Notes: a model not told the origin generated them from the sequence alone. Counted from the whole stretch's first letter, positions 11,073-21,621 are shown. The stretch: DNA of 63,979 nucleotides, filler included, from an uncultured bacterium (GCA_964637655.1; 5 parts of 5 records of this genome joined end to end with filler, not necessarily neighbours in it); one strand, 5' to 3'. Program-made: numbers and translations.

Positions 11073-12449
11073 CTACAGGGCGAGGGTCTCGCCCCGCTGC
11101 GGGATATGCAGTGTGGCGTCCGTGACCGCACGCGCCGCCTCGGCCAGCGCCTGCAGGGCGGATTCCTCCCCGTGCACCAGCACGAGGTTTTTCAGGGAGC
11201 CGCAGCCGCGGATATACTGCAGCAGTTCCTGTTTTCCCGCGTGGGCGCTGAAGGCATTGAGCTTGGTTACTTCCGCGTACACCTTCGTGAAGGTCTTGAA
11301 AATCTTCACCTCGGCATGCCCGTCGAGCAGTTTCCGCCCGAGCGTGTGCGCCGCCTGGTAGCCGACGATGAGTATGGTGTTGTGCCGGCTCTTGAGATGA
11401 TGCTTGAGGTGGTGCAGAATGCGTCCCGCCTCGCACATGCCCGAGGCGGAGATGATGATGCAGGGACCGCGAAAATCGTTGAGTTTCTGCGATTCGCGCT
11501 TGTCGCTGGTGCAGGTGACAAACGCCTTGTCCATGAAGGACTTGCCCAGTTCACGCGCTTCGCCGTCGAAAAGCTCCATGTGTCGCGCGAACACCTTCGT
11601 GATGCGGTCCGCCAGCGGGCTGTCGAGGAAGATGGGCACCTTCTGCACCACGCCGCTGTTGAAGAGGCGCTTGACGCTGTAGAGCACCTCCTGGGTGCGC
11701 CCGAGCGCGAAGGCGGGGATGATGACCTTGCCGCCGCGGCGGAAGGTGCGGTTGAGCACCTCGGTGAGGCGCCCTTCGAGGCGGTCGAGGTTCTCATGCT
11801 CGCGCGCCCCGTAGGTGCTCTCGATGATCAGCGTGTCGAGATCGCGCAGCTGGTGCGGGTCCTCGAGGATGGGCAGACCGTTGCGCCCGAGGTCGAGCGC
11901 CCAGCCGATGCGCCGCGCCGCGCCGTTCTCGCGCACCGTCGCCACGTTCACCGCGGAGCCGAGAATATGCCCCGCCTCGGCAAATTCAAAACTGAGGTCA
12001 GGCGCCACCGCCACCGGCTGGCGATACGGCGCAGGTTTGAGCAGCTTCTCCGCCTCGTCGACATCCTGTTCGTCGAAGAGCGGTTCCGGGGTTTGCGCAT
12101 CACGCAGTTTGTATTTTTCCAGGTAGCGCAGGTCGGCCTGCTGGATGCGCGCCCCGTCGCGCCAGAGCAGCGGCAGCAGGTCGGCAGTCGCCGGGGTGGC
12201 ATGCACCGGGCCGCGGAATCCCGCCTTGACCAGCGCCGGCACCATGCCGCTGTGGTCGGTATGCGCATGCGAGATGACCATGGCGTCGACCTGGCCGGCG
12301 GCCGCGGCCAGCGTGCGGTTCTTCGCCTGCGCCTCCGCGCGCCGCCCCTGAAACATGCCGCAGTCGCGCAGCACGCGCGCCCCGCCCGTCTGCAGCAGGT
12401 GCGCGCTCCCCGTCACTTCCCCTGCCCCGCCCAGAAACGTGATATTCAT
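11073..12449 (-). CDS. MBL-fold beta-CASP ribonuclease-family protein
   Basis: FLGGAGEVTGS, SHAHTDHSG, AGHILGS, ESTYG, FALGRTQE, SASGMCEAGRILHH, FSAHAG. Confidence 0.92.
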   Translation of the reverse strand: MNITFLGGAGEVTGSAHLLQTGGARVLRDCGMFQGRRAEAQAKNRTLAAAAGQVDAMVISHAHTDHSGMVPALVKAGFRGPVHATPATADLLPLLWRDGARIQQADLRYLEKYKLRDAQTPEPLFDEQDVDEAEKLLKPAPYRQPVAVAPDLSFEFAEAGHILGSAVNVATVRENGAARRIGWALDLGRNGLPILEDPHQLRDLDTLIIESTYGAREHENLDRLEGRLTEVLNRTFRRGGKVIIPAFALGRTQEVLYSVKRLFNSGVVQKVPIFLDSPLADRITKVFARHMELFDGEARELGKSFMDKAFVTCTSDKRESQKLNDFRGPCIIISASGMCEAGRILHHLKHHLKSRHNTILIVGYQAAHTLGRKLLDGHAEVKIFKTFTKVYAEVTKLNAFSAHAGKQELLQYIRGCGSLKNLVLVHGEESALQALAEAARAVTDATLHIPQRGETLAL

Positions 12450-12686
12450 GGATTCCCCCGCCGTGGTGTCCGGTCGCTCAAGCCGCAGCAACCGCTGCAC
12501 GGACATCGTAGCACTCCGGGCAACCGCCGTCAACAAAACGGGGATGCCGTCGCCGCCGCCGTTGACGCCTGCCGGTGCCGGTGGTAGAATCGCGGCCATG
12601 CGGAAAGCAGCAGGCGCGCACGCGCACGACGACATTCCCGTTCCGGCTCTGCCGGTCACTGGCACGACGGCCGGCAGCATTTCCCC

Positions 12687-13672
12687 ATGACGTCACGCGA
12701 CCGGCAGGCGGCACGCTGGCTGTGGGCCGGTTTTTTTCTGCTCTACCTTGCCACTGCGCCCGGAGGGCTGCCGCGCTACGATGCTGCCCAGATGCTGGTT
12801 TCCGCCGCCGCTATCGCCGACCATGGTTTTGCCGAGCGCACAGATTTCACCCGCTACGGGGTGGGACAATCACTCATCGATCTGACCGTGCTGCCCTGGT
12901 ATCAGCTGGCCTTGTCCGCGGCGACAGCTGTGCCAGCGGGCTCCCGGCCGGAAATACTGACGCTCGCCGGGCTGGGCATGGCCACCCTGCCGGCGCTCAT
13001 GGCGGCAGGGCTCAATGCGCTGGTCTTCGCCCTGAGCCGGCACCTCGGCTACGCCCCGCGCCCGTCGCTGCTGCTGGCACTGGCCGACGGGCTGAACACG
13101 ATGGTCTGGATCTATGCCGGCCTGCTGTTTGCCGATTTGACCATTGCCTGCCTCTGGCTGCTGACGCTGCTCGCGTTGCGCCTCGCCCTGACGCGTCAGC
13201 ACCATGGCCTGATACTCCTGGCGGGCATGAGTGCCGGGTTCGCACTGCTGGTCAAACCGGTCGCGGGTGTCGCGCTGCCGCTGTTCGCCCTGTACCTGTG
13301 GCATGGCTGCCGCATCTCCGGCTGGTCAGCGCGACGGGCGCTGGGTCTGTTTCTGCTGCCGCTGGCGGCGGCGCTGGCAGTGGCGGCATGGTTCAACTGG
13401 TTTCGCTTCGGCGCGCCCTGGCGTACCGGGTATGAAGGCGTGCGCGACGGATTCACCTCACCGCTGCTGCTCGGCCTGTACGGCCTGTTGCTGAGTTCCG
13501 GCAAGGGGGTTTTCTTCTACAATCCGCTGCTGGTCTGCGGGGTGCTCGGGGCGGCGCGGTTCTGGCGGGCGCATCCGCGCGAGGCCTGGCTGATCGCCGG
13601 ACTGACGGCGGCGCTGTTCGCGGTGACGACGCCATGGTTCGGCTGGCATGGTGACTGGGCCTGGGGTCCGCG
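12687..13672 (+). CDS. multi-pass membrane GT-C (ArnT/PMT-like) glycosyltransferase, 3'-truncated at contig end
   Basis: Many TM helices; RYGVGQS, LLVKP, NWFRFG, GKGVFFYNP, WHGDWAWGPR. Confidence 0.7.
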
Positions 13673-13772
13673 NNNNNNNNNNNNNNNNNNNNNNNNNNNN
13701 NNNNNNNNNNNNNNNNTTAATTAATTAANNNNNNNNNNNNNNNNNNNNNNNNNNNNNNNNNNNNNNNNNNNN
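13673..13772. other. artificial contig spacer
   Basis: 100-nt N run with central TTAATTAATTAA. Confidence 0.97.
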
Positions 13773-15755
13773 CGGCCCGGGCAGCTGGTCGCCGGCCTCG
13801 CCTTCGCCTGGTCGGCACCCTTCATCACGCACGCCTATGCCGGCCACCAGTCAATCGTTGCCACCTATGCCTGGACCGGTTTCGTCGCTACCGCCCTGCT
13901 GCGGCTGCTTGCCCGTCCGGCCTTCGGCCGCGTGCTCCTGCTCGCCGTGCTGCTCGCCGTTCAGTTCCTCGCCGGGTATGTGCAGTGCTGGTACTACGTC
14001 GTGCTGGCCGCTGCCGGCGCCTGGCTGGCGACGCTCGCCGCTGCCGCCCGTCGCGGCGACCGCCCCGCCTGCCGGCGGCTGGCCGTGGCATTCCCCGCCG
14101 CGCTTACGCTCGCCCTGCTGCTGGCCGCGCCGCAACTCCTTCCCACGCTGGAATTCGCCCGCGTCTCCGCGCGTACCGGCATGCCCGTTGCCGTGGCGGC
14201 CGGTTTCGCCGCCACACCGGAAAGCCTGCTGTCATGCATCATTCCCGCGCCGTTCGGGGATGGCCTGACCGTCCCCTATTGGGGTCGTTACTATCACTGG
14301 GAACTGTGCGCGTACAGCGGGATTATCACCCTGCTGCTGGCGGCGGTTGCCTGCCGTCGCGGCGCGCCGGCACGCTGCTGGTTTTTCGTCGCGTTGTGGG
14401 CCGGGGCGCTGCTGCTGGCCGCCGGCGACCGTACCCCGCTCTTCGGATTTGCCTACGAGGTTCTGCCAGGTTTCGCCTGGTTTCGCGGCCATGCCAAGCT
14501 CTTCGGGCTCGCCGCCTTCGCTCTGGCCCAGCTTGCCGGATACGGCTGCGACCGCCTGTGTGCCGCCCGTCACCGCCGGACCGTGCCCGTCATCGCCCTT
14601 GCTGCGCTGCTGCTACTGCTGCCACTCGTGGTATTCGCCAGCCCGGCCGGAACCGCGTGGCAGACCGTGCTGCGGGCCATGGCTGCGCACCACACGCCGT
14701 ACACGCCCGCCTTCAGCCCGGCCGACAGCGGCTTTGCCCGCGAAACCCTGGCGGCACTGCACCGGCAATGCATCGTCGCCGCGGTGCTGGTCGGCCTGCT
14801 CGCGCTCGCGTTTTTTGCTCCGCCGCGCCGGCGGGCGTGGCTGGCCGTGGTGCTGCTGCTCGGTGATCTGGGCGGTTTCGCCCGCCCCTATCTGACCACG
14901 GTCGACACCGCCCTGCCGGCCGGAGCGGCGCGCCTGCTCGCCCGCCTGCCCGCCACAGCTGACGCGCCATACAGGATACTCGCACCTGACCTGCCCGTCG
15001 CCTTCGGCACCCGCGAACGTCGCGATAATGTGCAGGGCAATGACGCCATCCTGGCAGGCAACTATTTCCACTACCTCACTGCCAGCCAGGGCGTGCGCCC
15101 GTCGCAGGAATGGTCGGCCACGCCCCCCCTCACCCGCTTTTCCCCGCTCACTGACCGCCTGAACCTGCGTTTTCTCCTCGTCCGTGGCAATGCGGATCCG
15201 CCGCCCGGCCTGACCCGCTTTGCCCGCGACGATGACTGGCAGGTATGGGAGAACCCGGCTGTCGCGCCGCGCTTCTCGCTGGCCGGTGCCGCCCGGGCGC
15301 TGCCGCGCACAACCATCCTGCCGGCACTGGTCTCCCTGCCTGCCGGAGAAACCGTCTGCGTCGAGCCGCCGTTTTCCGTTGCGCTCACCGGGACCACCGG
15401 TTCATGCACCGTGCTCGCCACCGGCCCGGAGTTCACCCGTCTCGCCACCACCAGTGACGGCACTATGCTGCTCGTCGAGCGCAGCACCTGGTATCCCGGC
15501 TGGACCGCCACGGTCGACGGGATGGCCAGTGCGCTCATTCCGGTTGACTATCTGTTCCGCGGGGTGGTGGTGCCGGCAGGAGAACACCATATCGAGCTGC
15601 GCTACCGGCCGCGCAGTCTTGCTGCCGGCCTCATGCTCTGTGCTGCCGCACTGGCAGCCATGCTGCTCGGATGGCTGCTGCGCCGCAGGCGCTCCCGGCC
15701 GCCCGTCAGTACAACAGGGGCTGCACGGCGGGAAAGGGCACCGGCTGACGCTTGA
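13773..15755 (+). CDS. YfhO-family membrane protein (GT-C-like), 5'-truncated
   Basis: Frame open from contig start; QFLAG, PGFAWFR, C-terminal WYPGWTATVDG...FRGVVVPAGEHHIELRYRP. Confidence 0.85.
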   Translation, partial: RPGQLVAGLAFAWSAPFITHAYAGHQSIVATYAWTGFVATALLRLLARPAFGRVLLLAVLLAVQFLAGYVQCWYYVVLAAAGAWLATLAAAARRGDRPACRRLAVAFPAALTLALLLAAPQLLPTLEFARVSARTGMPVAVAAGFAATPESLLSCIIPAPFGDGLTVPYWGRYYHWELCAYSGIITLLLAAVACRRGAPARCWFFVALWAGALLLAAGDRTPLFGFAYEVLPGFAWFRGHAKLFGLAAFALAQLAGYGCDRLCAARHRRTVPVIALAALLLLLPLVVFASPAGTAWQTVLRAMAAHHTPYTPAFSPADSGFARETLAALHRQCIVAAVLVGLLALAFFAPPRRRAWLAVVLLLGDLGGFARPYLTTVDTALPAGAARLLARLPATADAPYRILAPDLPVAFGTRERRDNVQGNDAILAGNYFHYLTASQGVRPSQEWSATPPLTRFSPLTDRLNLRFLLVRGNADPPPGLTRFARDDDWQVWENPAVAPRFSLAGAARALPRTTILPALVSLPAGETVCVEPPFSVALTGTTGSCTVLATGPEFTRLATTSDGTMLLVERSTWYPGWTATVDGMASALIPVDYLFRGVVVPAGEHHIELRYRPRSLAAGLMLCAAALAAMLLGWLLRRRRSRPPVSTTGAARRERAPADA

Positions 15756-16473
15756 ACTCCGTCGCTGCAACCCGCGCCAGCAGGGCATCGACCGGCACCG
15801 CCCCGTGCAGCTCCTTCACCGCCGCCAGCGTCTCCTTGCGCTCATAGAGCGCGGTGAAAACCGCGTCGGCGGCGCGATATGACAATCCCATCTCCCCTTC
15901 GTCGGTCTGCCCGTCCCACAGGTCGGCAGTCGGCGCTTTGTCCACCACGCGCGCCGGCACCCCGAGCTGCGCAGCCAGCTCCCACACCTGTGTCTTGTAC
16001 AGGTCGATGATGGGCGCGATGTCGCAGGCCGCATCCCCGTGCCGCGTCGAGTAGCCGAGCAGCCACTCGCTTTTGTTGCCCGTCCCCGCGACCAGCGCCT
16101 GCCGTGCGGCCGCACGGTCATAGAGCGTCACCATGCGCAGGCGCGCCATCAGGTTGCCCCGCCGCAGCGGGGTCAGATCGCCCAGCGCCTGCTGCGCCGC
16201 CGTCACCGCCCCCTGCAGGTCGATAACCTGCAGGTCGAGGCGCAGCGCGTCCGCGACGAGACGCGCATCATCCAGCGCCGCCGCCGACGCGCGACAGGGG
16301 AGAGCGTACGGGAAAACCCGTTCCGGCCCCAGCGCGCGCACGCCGAGCGCCGCCACCAGCGCCGAGTCGACCCCGCCCGACAGTCCGAGGACAAGGCCCG
16401 CGCGCCCCGCGCGCCGCACGCTGTCGCTGATGAAGGTGATGATCGCGTCTGCCGCCGCCTGTAGTGTGTCCAT
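15706..16473 (-). CDS. nadE: NH3-dependent NAD+ synthetase
   Basis: LGLSGGVDS, GNLMARLRM, GTGNKSE, GYSTRHGD, PTADLW, TDEGEMG. Confidence 0.95.
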   Translation of the reverse strand: MDTLQAAADAIITFISDSVRRAGRAGLVLGLSGGVDSALVAALGVRALGPERVFPYALPCRASAAALDDARLVADALRLDLQVIDLQGAVTAAQQALGDLTPLRRGNLMARLRMVTLYDRAAARQALVAGTGNKSEWLLGYSTRHGDAACDIAPIIDLYKTQVWELAAQLGVPARVVDKAPTADLWDGQTDEGEMGLSYRAADAVFTALYERKETLAAVKELHGAVPVDALLARVAATEFKRQPVPFPAVQPLLY

Positions 16474-16479
16474 AGGCCG

Positions 16480-16508
16480 ATGGTAGCACCCTGCCACCGC
16501 ATCGTCAA
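16480..16508 (-). promoter_or_regulatory. sigma70-type promoter of nadE (probably leaderless)
   Basis: TTGACG-17-TACCAT, then 6 nt to ATG. Confidence 0.65.
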
Positions 16509-16677
16509 ACGGCAACCGCCACCGGCGAACAGGGACTGCCGGGGTGCGCGCTCGCGGCAGCGCGGGCATGCGGACGTGACGCCGGCGGGAGCACGTGGGC
16601 CGACCGGAGAGGGAAACACCGCCGTGCGCGACCGCAGCCGCGCATTCACGGATGCGGGTCACCCGGCGGGAGCGATT

Positions 16678-16710
16678 GCAAAGGGCCGGCGGGAAACCTC
16701 CCGCCGGCCC
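16678..16710 (-). terminator. GC-rich hairpin after the rubrerythrin operon
   Basis: 12-bp stem GGGCCGGCGGGA / TCCCGCCGGCCC with 4-nt loop, followed by a short TTT on the minus strand. Confidence 0.6.
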
Positions 16711-16738
16711 TGATGCTGCGTACGGTTGGTGATGCGGT

Positions 16739-17317
16739 TCAGTAATTCTCCGCCTTGAGCTCGAAATGCGCCTGCGGGTGCACGCAGGCCGGGCACTTAT
16801 CCGGCGCCTCGGCCCCCTCGTGCAGGTAGCCGCAGTTGCGGCAGCGCCACTGCACGCTCCCCGCCTTTTTGAACACCTGACCCGCCTCGATGTTGGCGAG
16901 CAGCTGGCGGTAGCGCGCCTCGTGCCCCTTCTCCGCAACGGAGACCATGCGGAACGTCGCCGCCACTTCGGGGAACCCCTCCGCCTCCGCGACCTTGGCG
17001 AACTCGGGGTAGAGTTTCGTCCACTCCTCGTTCTCGCCTGCCGCGGCATGCGCCAGGTTCTCCGCCGTCGTGCCGGTCTTCCCCGCCGGGTAGGTCGCGG
17101 TGATTTCCAGATCGCCACCCTCGAGATACTTGAAGAAGCGCTTGGCATGCTCCTTCTCGTTGTCCGCGGTGTCGAGGAAGAACCACGAAATCTGTTCGTA
17201 GCCCTCCTTCTTCGCCACGCCCGCCGCGTACGTGTAGCGGTTGCGCGCCTGCGACTCGCCCGCGAACGCCTTCAGCAGGTTCTGTTCCGTCTTCGTGCCC
17301 TTGATGCTCTTGGCCAT
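16739..17317 (-). CDS. rbr: rubrerythrin
   Basis: [30 protein letters not shown]-terminal CRNCG...CPAC. Confidence 0.96.
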   Translation of the reverse strand: MAKSIKGTKTEQNLLKAFAGESQARNRYTYAAGVAKKEGYEQISWFFLDTADNEKEHAKRFFKYLEGGDLEITATYPAGKTGTTAENLAHAAAGENEEWTKLYPEFAKVAEAEGFPEVAATFRMVSVAEKGHEARYRQLLANIEAGQVFKKAGSVQWRCRNCGYLHEGAEAPDKCPACVHPQAHFELKAENY

Positions 17318-17342
17318 ATGCCCATCCTCCTCGTGAAATTGG

Positions 17343-17849
17343 TTATGCCGCGGGCGGGGTAAACACCCGCGCCGCCAGTTCCCGGTCGATCATAAACAGC
17401 GCCGAGGAGTTGTCACCCCCCAGTTTGAGCTGCTGCACCACCCCGTCAGCGCTCGCTTCCTCCTCCACCTGTTCGGTGACGTACCACTGCAGGAATGAGT
17501 TGGTGGCATGGTCGCCCTCTTTGATGGCGAGGTCGACCAGCGCGTTGATGCGCGCCGTCACCTTCTGCTCGTGCGCGTACGCCGCTTCGAACGCCGCCAG
17601 CGGCGACGCCCATGACAACTCCGGCGCCGCGATGGCGGCCAGCCGCACCGTGCCGCCGCGCTCGACGAGGTAGTCGTAGAACTTGAGCGCGTGGAAACGT
17701 TCCTCCTGCTCCTGCACCCGCATCCAGGTGGCCATCCCCTTGAGGTTGACCGACGCGAAATACGCCGCCATCGCCAGGTAGAGGTAGCCCGAGTAGAGTT
17801 CCGCGTTGATCTGCTCGTTGAGCGCGTCCTGCATCGTCTGTTTCAGCAT
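17343..17849 (-). CDS. ftn: non-heme ferritin
   Basis: [33 protein letters not shown]. Confidence 0.95.
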   Translation of the reverse strand: MLKQTMQDALNEQINAELYSGYLYLAMAAYFASVNLKGMATWMRVQEQEERFHALKFYDYLVERGGTVRLAAIAAPELSWASPLAAFEAAYAHEQKVTARINALVDLAIKEGDHATNSFLQWYVTEQVEEEASADGVVQQLKLGGDNSSALFMIDRELAARVFTPPAA

Positions 17850-17859
17850 CGTCGCCCTC

Positions 17860-18240
17860 CTACGCCTGCCACAGGCCGTGCTTGTTGCAGTACTCGCGCG
17901 CGCTCAGCGTTTTCGCCCCGCCGCAGTTGCAGAAGGTCGCCTCGGGCGCCTGTCCCGGCTTGAGGTACTGCCGGCAGACCTGCCCGTCGGCAACCAGCTC
18001 GATGAACTCGATGTAGTGGTCCTCCGCCATCGGGTGCGCCACGCTGCCGACCTTCACCGTCACGCTGCCGCCGTTCACGCTGATGACCGGCACGTGCTTT
18101 TCCTGCGCCGCGTCGACGGTGTTCGCCGTCAGCAGCGCCATCTTCTCACCGCAGCAGACGAGTTCACCTGCCGCCGCATGCACCACCTCCACCATGTTGC
18201 CGCACAGATTGCATTTGTACACCTCATTCAGTTTCGTCAT
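17860..18240 (-). CDS. dfx: desulfoferrodoxin (superoxide reductase)
   Basis: YKCNLCGN...LVCCG, EKHVP, HPM, HYI, CNKHGLW. Confidence 0.96.
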   Translation of the reverse strand: MTKLNEVYKCNLCGNMVEVVHAAAGELVCCGEKMALLTANTVDAAQEKHVPVISVNGGSVTVKVGSVAHPMAEDHYIEFIELVADGQVCRQYLKPGQAPEATFCNCGGAKTLSAREYCNKHGLWQA

Positions 18241-18262
18241 ATCCTTCTCCTTTCGATTATGG

Positions 18263-19165
18263 TCACTGTTGTGACAGCCAGCGGAAGACGCCGAGCGCCG
18301 CCTTGGCCCCCTCGCCCGCCGCGATCACGATCTGCTTGTCGGGCACGCTCGTCACGTCCCCCGCCGCGAAGACCCCCGGCACGTTCGTGCGGTTGGCGCA
18401 ATCAATCTCAATCTCCCCCGCCGCGTTCTGCACCAGCTCCGCGGCAAAGGCGCTGTTGGGCGTCAGGCCGATCTCGACAAACACCCCCTGCGCCGCGAAC
18501 TGCTGCTCCCCCTCCGGGGTGCGCGCGCGCAGCCCGGTGACGAATTTTTCACCGTCGATGGCGAGCACCGCGCTGTCGTGATGCACCGTGCAGTTCGCCG
18601 CCGCCGCGACCTTGTCGCGCAGCACCGCGTCGCCGGTGAACGCCGGCAGGTTGTTGATCATGCGCACGTGCCGCGCCACGGGAATGAGCTGCAGCGCCGC
18701 GTCGAGCGCCGAGTTGCCCCCGCCGACCACGACCACGTCCTTGCCGCGGAAGAGCGGCCCGTCGCAGGTGGCGCAATACGCCACCCCCTTGTTCTTGTAC
18801 GCCTGCTCGCCCGGCACGCCCAGTTCGCGCGCCCGTTTGCCCGACGCGACAATCACCGACCGCGCGGTATAGGTGCCCTTTGCCGTCGTCACCGTGTGCA
18901 CGCCGTCCGCACTCCGCAGTTCCGTCACCGGTTCGCTCTCGCGGATCTCCGCCGGGTGCTGTCGCAGGTGCTCCTCGAATTTCAGCGCCAGTTCCGGCCC
19001 GGTGATGAACTGGAAACCGGTATAGTTGGCGATGTCGCCGCTCCATGCCGCCTGTCCGCCGATGTCACCGGTGAGCACCAGCACGCTGAGCGCCTTGCGC
19101 GAGAGGTAGACCGTCGCGGTGATTCCCGCCGGGCCCGCCCCGATGACGATGCAGTCGTACGTCAC
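18263..19165 (-). CDS. thioredoxin reductase / AhpF-like FAD-dependent disulfide reductase
   Basis: GAGPAG, YCATCDG, VGGGNSA, FAAGD; GTG start. Confidence 0.92.
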   Translation of the reverse strand: MTYDCIVIGAGPAGITATVYLSRKALSVLVLTGDIGGQAAWSGDIANYTGFQFITGPELALKFEEHLRQHPAEIRESEPVTELRSADGVHTVTTAKGTYTARSVIVASGKRARELGVPGEQAYKNKGVAYCATCDGPLFRGKDVVVVGGGNSALDAALQLIPVARHVRMINNLPAFTGDAVLRDKVAAAANCTVHHDSAVLAIDGEKFVTGLRARTPEGEQQFAAQGVFVEIGLTPNSAFAAELVQNAAGEIEIDCANRTNVPGVFAAGDVTSVPDKQIVIAAGEGAKAALGVFRWLSQQ

Positions 19166-19404
19166 GCCAGTCCCAGCGCCGCTTTGAGTTCGTCTTTCGC
19201 GAAGCCGACGATGATTGTCCCGTCGACATCGATGACGGGGACGCCCATCTGCCCGCTCTTGTCGAGCATTTCCTTGGCCTTCGCCTGGTCGGTGCCGACG
19301 TCGTAATCGGTGTAGGCGACGCCGTTGTCCTTCAGAAACTGCTTGACCCGCACGCAGTACGGGCAGGTCGGGGTGCTGTACACGGTCACCTGTGCCATCG
19401 TCAT
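19162..19404 (-). CDS. glutaredoxin-like (NrdH/YruB-type) protein
   Basis: YSTPTCPYC, SGQMGVPV, IVGF. Confidence 0.92.
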   Translation of the reverse strand: MTMAQVTVYSTPTCPYCVRVKQFLKDNGVAYTDYDVGTDQAKAKEMLDKSGQMGVPVIDVDGTIIVGFAKDELKAALGLA

Positions 19405-19886
19405 CCTCCTCCCGTCATGCTGCCGCGCAGCTGCTGCAGCTGCGCGACGTGTTTCTCCTCCTCGGCAATGAGCGCGTCAAGCAGCGCATGCTCCGCCGCC
19501 GGCACCAGCTGCTTCATCTCCGTGAAGAAGGCTACTGACTCGCGCTCGAAGCGCAGCGCCAGGTCGATGGCGGCGCCGTCATCCGCCGCCTGCGCCGCCG
19601 CGGCCGCCCCCGACGCCGCCCGCGTGAAGACGTGGCCGTCAGCCAGCGTCCGCAGGTAGGCGAAATACTCGTCGGGAAACGCTTCCGCGGTTTCGTAGGT
19701 CTCCGCCTCCTGCCGCAGGCGCGTGAAGACCGCGATATGCTTCTCTTCCTGCTCCGCCAGCAGGCGGAAAACCGCCGCCGCCGGAGCGGCGTTGGTCTTC
19801 GCCGCCAGCGCGGTATAGAAGGCGTGCCCGTTCTGCTCGATGCGGATGCCGATCTCGGCGATCTCGCTGGCCGCGAACCGTGCCAT
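19401..19886 (-). CDS. ferritin-like di-iron (rubrerythrin-fold) protein
   Basis: Two E-x-x-H motifs (EEKH twice), IEQNG.AFY, FERESV.FF. Confidence 0.85.
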   Translation of the reverse strand: MARFAASEIAEIGIRIEQNGHAFYTALAAKTNAAPAAAVFRLLAEQEEKHIAVFTRLRQEAETYETAEAFPDEYFAYLRTLADGHVFTRAASGAAAAAQAADDGAAIDLALRFERESVAFFTEMKQLVPAAEHALLDALIAEEEKHVAQLQQLRGSMTGGG

Positions 19887-20041
19887 CACGCCGGCTCGAA
19901 CTGGTCCTTACCCACGCCGCAGGCCGGGCAGACCCAGCCGTCAGGCACCTGCTCCCACGCCGTCCCCGCCGGCACCCCGTTATCCGGATCGCCCGCCGCC
20001 GGATCGTACTCATAACCGCATACTGTGCACCGGTATTTCAT
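19886..20041 (-). CDS. rubredoxin (51 aa; not in the ORF track)
   Basis: [60 protein letters not shown]. Confidence 0.96.
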   Translation of the reverse strand: MKYRCTVCGYEYDPAAGDPDNGVPAGTAWEQVPDGWVCPACGVGKDQFEPA

Positions 20042-20060
20042 CGCTGCCTCCTTGAATGGT

Positions 20061-20573
20061 CTACCCGATGAACGTTGTCGCGTTCTTCGGCGTTTTGCCT
20101 TTCTTCACTTCGTGGTAGTGGGCATAGGTCATCGGCTTCGCTGCCTGCGCCAGCGCTGCTGCCGCCACCACCTCGCCCACGAACAGCGTGTGCGTCCCCA
20201 CGTCAAGTGTGCTGATCACCTTTGCTTCGAGATACCCCGTGGTATTCGTCGTGACGATCGGGATGCCCAGAACGCCCGTGACCGTCTGGATCTTCGCGAA
20301 CTTGTCCGTCGTCCGCCCGCACTTGAACCCGAACGTGCCAATGAACGGCATGTCCGCCGCCTCGCTGACCACCGACACCGCGAAAACCCCGCTCTGCCTG
20401 ACCAGTTCATGGGTCAGGTTCTCGCGGTTCAGCGAAATGCCGATGGTCGGCGGCTGCGCGGTGATCTGGAAAACCGTGTTGGCGATCTGCCCGTTGCAGC
20501 GCTCATCCGCCTTCGTCGTCACGATGTAGATGCCGTAACTAAGTTGCCAGAGCACTGAGTTGTCTATCATCAT
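20061..20573 (-). CDS. flavin reductase-like FMN-binding protein
   Basis: [41 protein letters not shown]. Confidence 0.88.
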   Translation of the reverse strand: MMIDNSVLWQLSYGIYIVTTKADERCNGQIANTVFQITAQPPTIGISLNRENLTHELVRQSGVFAVSVVSEAADMPFIGTFGFKCGRTTDKFAKIQTVTGVLGIPIVTTNTTGYLEAKVISTLDVGTHTLFVGEVVAAAALAQAAKPMTYAHYHEVKKGKTPKNATTFIG

Positions 20574-20587
20574 TCCCTCGCCTTCCC

Positions 20588-20616
20588 AAGATACCAAAAT
20601 CAACCAATCGTGTCAA
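20588..20616 (-). promoter_or_regulatory. sigma70-type promoter of the oxidative-stress operon
   Basis: TTGACA-17-TATCTT upstream of the flavin reductase. Confidence 0.65.
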
Positions 20617-20621
20617 GTGCT

Positions 20622-21083
20622 TCAGCGATAGAAGTGCACCGTATGGCTTTTGAACCGGTTCTTCTCATACACAAACGAGGCGGAAAAGAACCCCGGCTGG
20701 TCGAGCCAGGGCATGAAAATGGTGTCGCCTTCCCACAAATTGAGTTTTGCCAGTTCACCATCAGGGATCCACGCGAGATCCCCCTCGGGCGAGTCAATGA
20801 GCGAACCGGAAAACTCGGTGGCGATAAAAACGAATACATACCAGTCCTCGATTTCGTCGAACGCCGGAAAGGTGATAAACCCCTTGAGTTGCGGGTGGCG
20901 GATAGTCAGCCCGCTCTCTTCGCGAATCTCGCGGATGCAGCATTCCTCGGGGCTTTCCCCCGGTTCGAACTTGCCGCCGAGCGCGTTCCATTTCCCCTCG
21001 TGCAGGTCGTTCGGTTTCTTGTTGCGCAGCACCATCAGGGTCTTCCCGCCGCTGCGCACGTAGCAGAGTGTCGCCAGTTTCAT
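20622..21083 (-). CDS. Nudix hydrolase, 8-oxo-dGTP diphosphatase-like
   Basis: Nudix box GGKFEPGESPEECCIREIREESGL; KWN; LWEGD. Confidence 0.9.
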   Translation of the reverse strand: MKLATLCYVRSGGKTLMVLRNKKPNDLHEGKWNALGGKFEPGESPEECCIREIREESGLTIRHPQLKGFITFPAFDEIEDWYVFVFIATEFSGSLIDSPEGDLAWIPDGELAKLNLWEGDTIFMPWLDQPGFFSASFVYEKNRFKSHTVHFYR

Positions 21084-21493
21084 GTTTTCTCCCCGCAGTA
21101 TGCCTGCAGCGCCGTGCGCACCGTCTCCGGTATCGCGCGCGGCGTAAAATCGCTGCCGATGCATGCCATGGCCGTGCGCGCGGTCAGCACCGCCACGCCG
21201 TCCTGCCGCACCACCCGGTAGGCAAAGACCACCTTCATGCGTGACAGTTTCTGTATCCCTGTTTCCACGGTCAGCAGGTCCCCGTAGCGCGCCGGGGCAA
21301 GGTGGTCGCTCTCCTGCCGCGCCACGGCGAACCAGCAGTCCTGCCGCATCAGGTCAGCGACCGCCAGCCCCGCCTGCGCGAAGAACCGCGTCCGCGCCTC
21401 TTCGAGAAATTCGAGATACCTGGCGTAGTAGACCACCCCGCCGCAATCCGTGTGATGGTAATGCACCGCAGCACGATAGTCGACTGTCCGCAT
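21080..21493 (-). CDS. YbgC/FadM-family acyl-CoA thioesterase
   Basis: HTDCGGVVYYARYLEFLEEAR hot-dog motif. Confidence 0.9.
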   Translation of the reverse strand: MRTVDYRAAVHYHHTDCGGVVYYARYLEFLEEARTRFFAQAGLAVADLMRQDCWFAVARQESDHLAPARYGDLLTVETGIQKLSRMKVVFAYRVVRQDGVAVLTARTAMACIGSDFTPRAIPETVRTALQAYCGEKT

Positions 21494-21499
21494 GGCGCC

Positions 21500-21528
21500 A
21501 CTCTACTTCACTCACCTCCCCCTGTCAA
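21500..21528 (-). promoter_or_regulatory. sigma70-type promoter of the thioesterase gene (probably leaderless)
   Basis: TTGACA-17-TAGAGT, 6 nt to ATG. Confidence 0.6.
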
Positions 21529-21540
21529 TCCGGCAAACGC

Positions 21541-21568
21541 TCAAGTTATTACATGCACCTGCCGATAC
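21541..21568 (+). promoter_or_regulatory. sigma28 (FliA/SigD)-like promoter of motAB
   Basis: TCAAG-N15-GCCGATAC, about 55 nt upstream of the motA ATG. Confidence 0.65.
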
Positions 21569-21621
21569 TAACCGGTAGCGGCAGGAGGGTACGCCGTGCA
21601 TCACGGGACAGGAGCGCACAG

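Noticed and set aside
12687-15755. GT-C ORF and YfhO ORF appearing to be one gene or operon across the gap
   Set aside because: They are separated by an artificial spacer between size-sorted contigs, so the adjacency is coincidental.
16510-16680. GC-rich intergenic stretch as a possible ncRNA
   Set aside because: I could not recognise a family motif or a convincing structure by eye.
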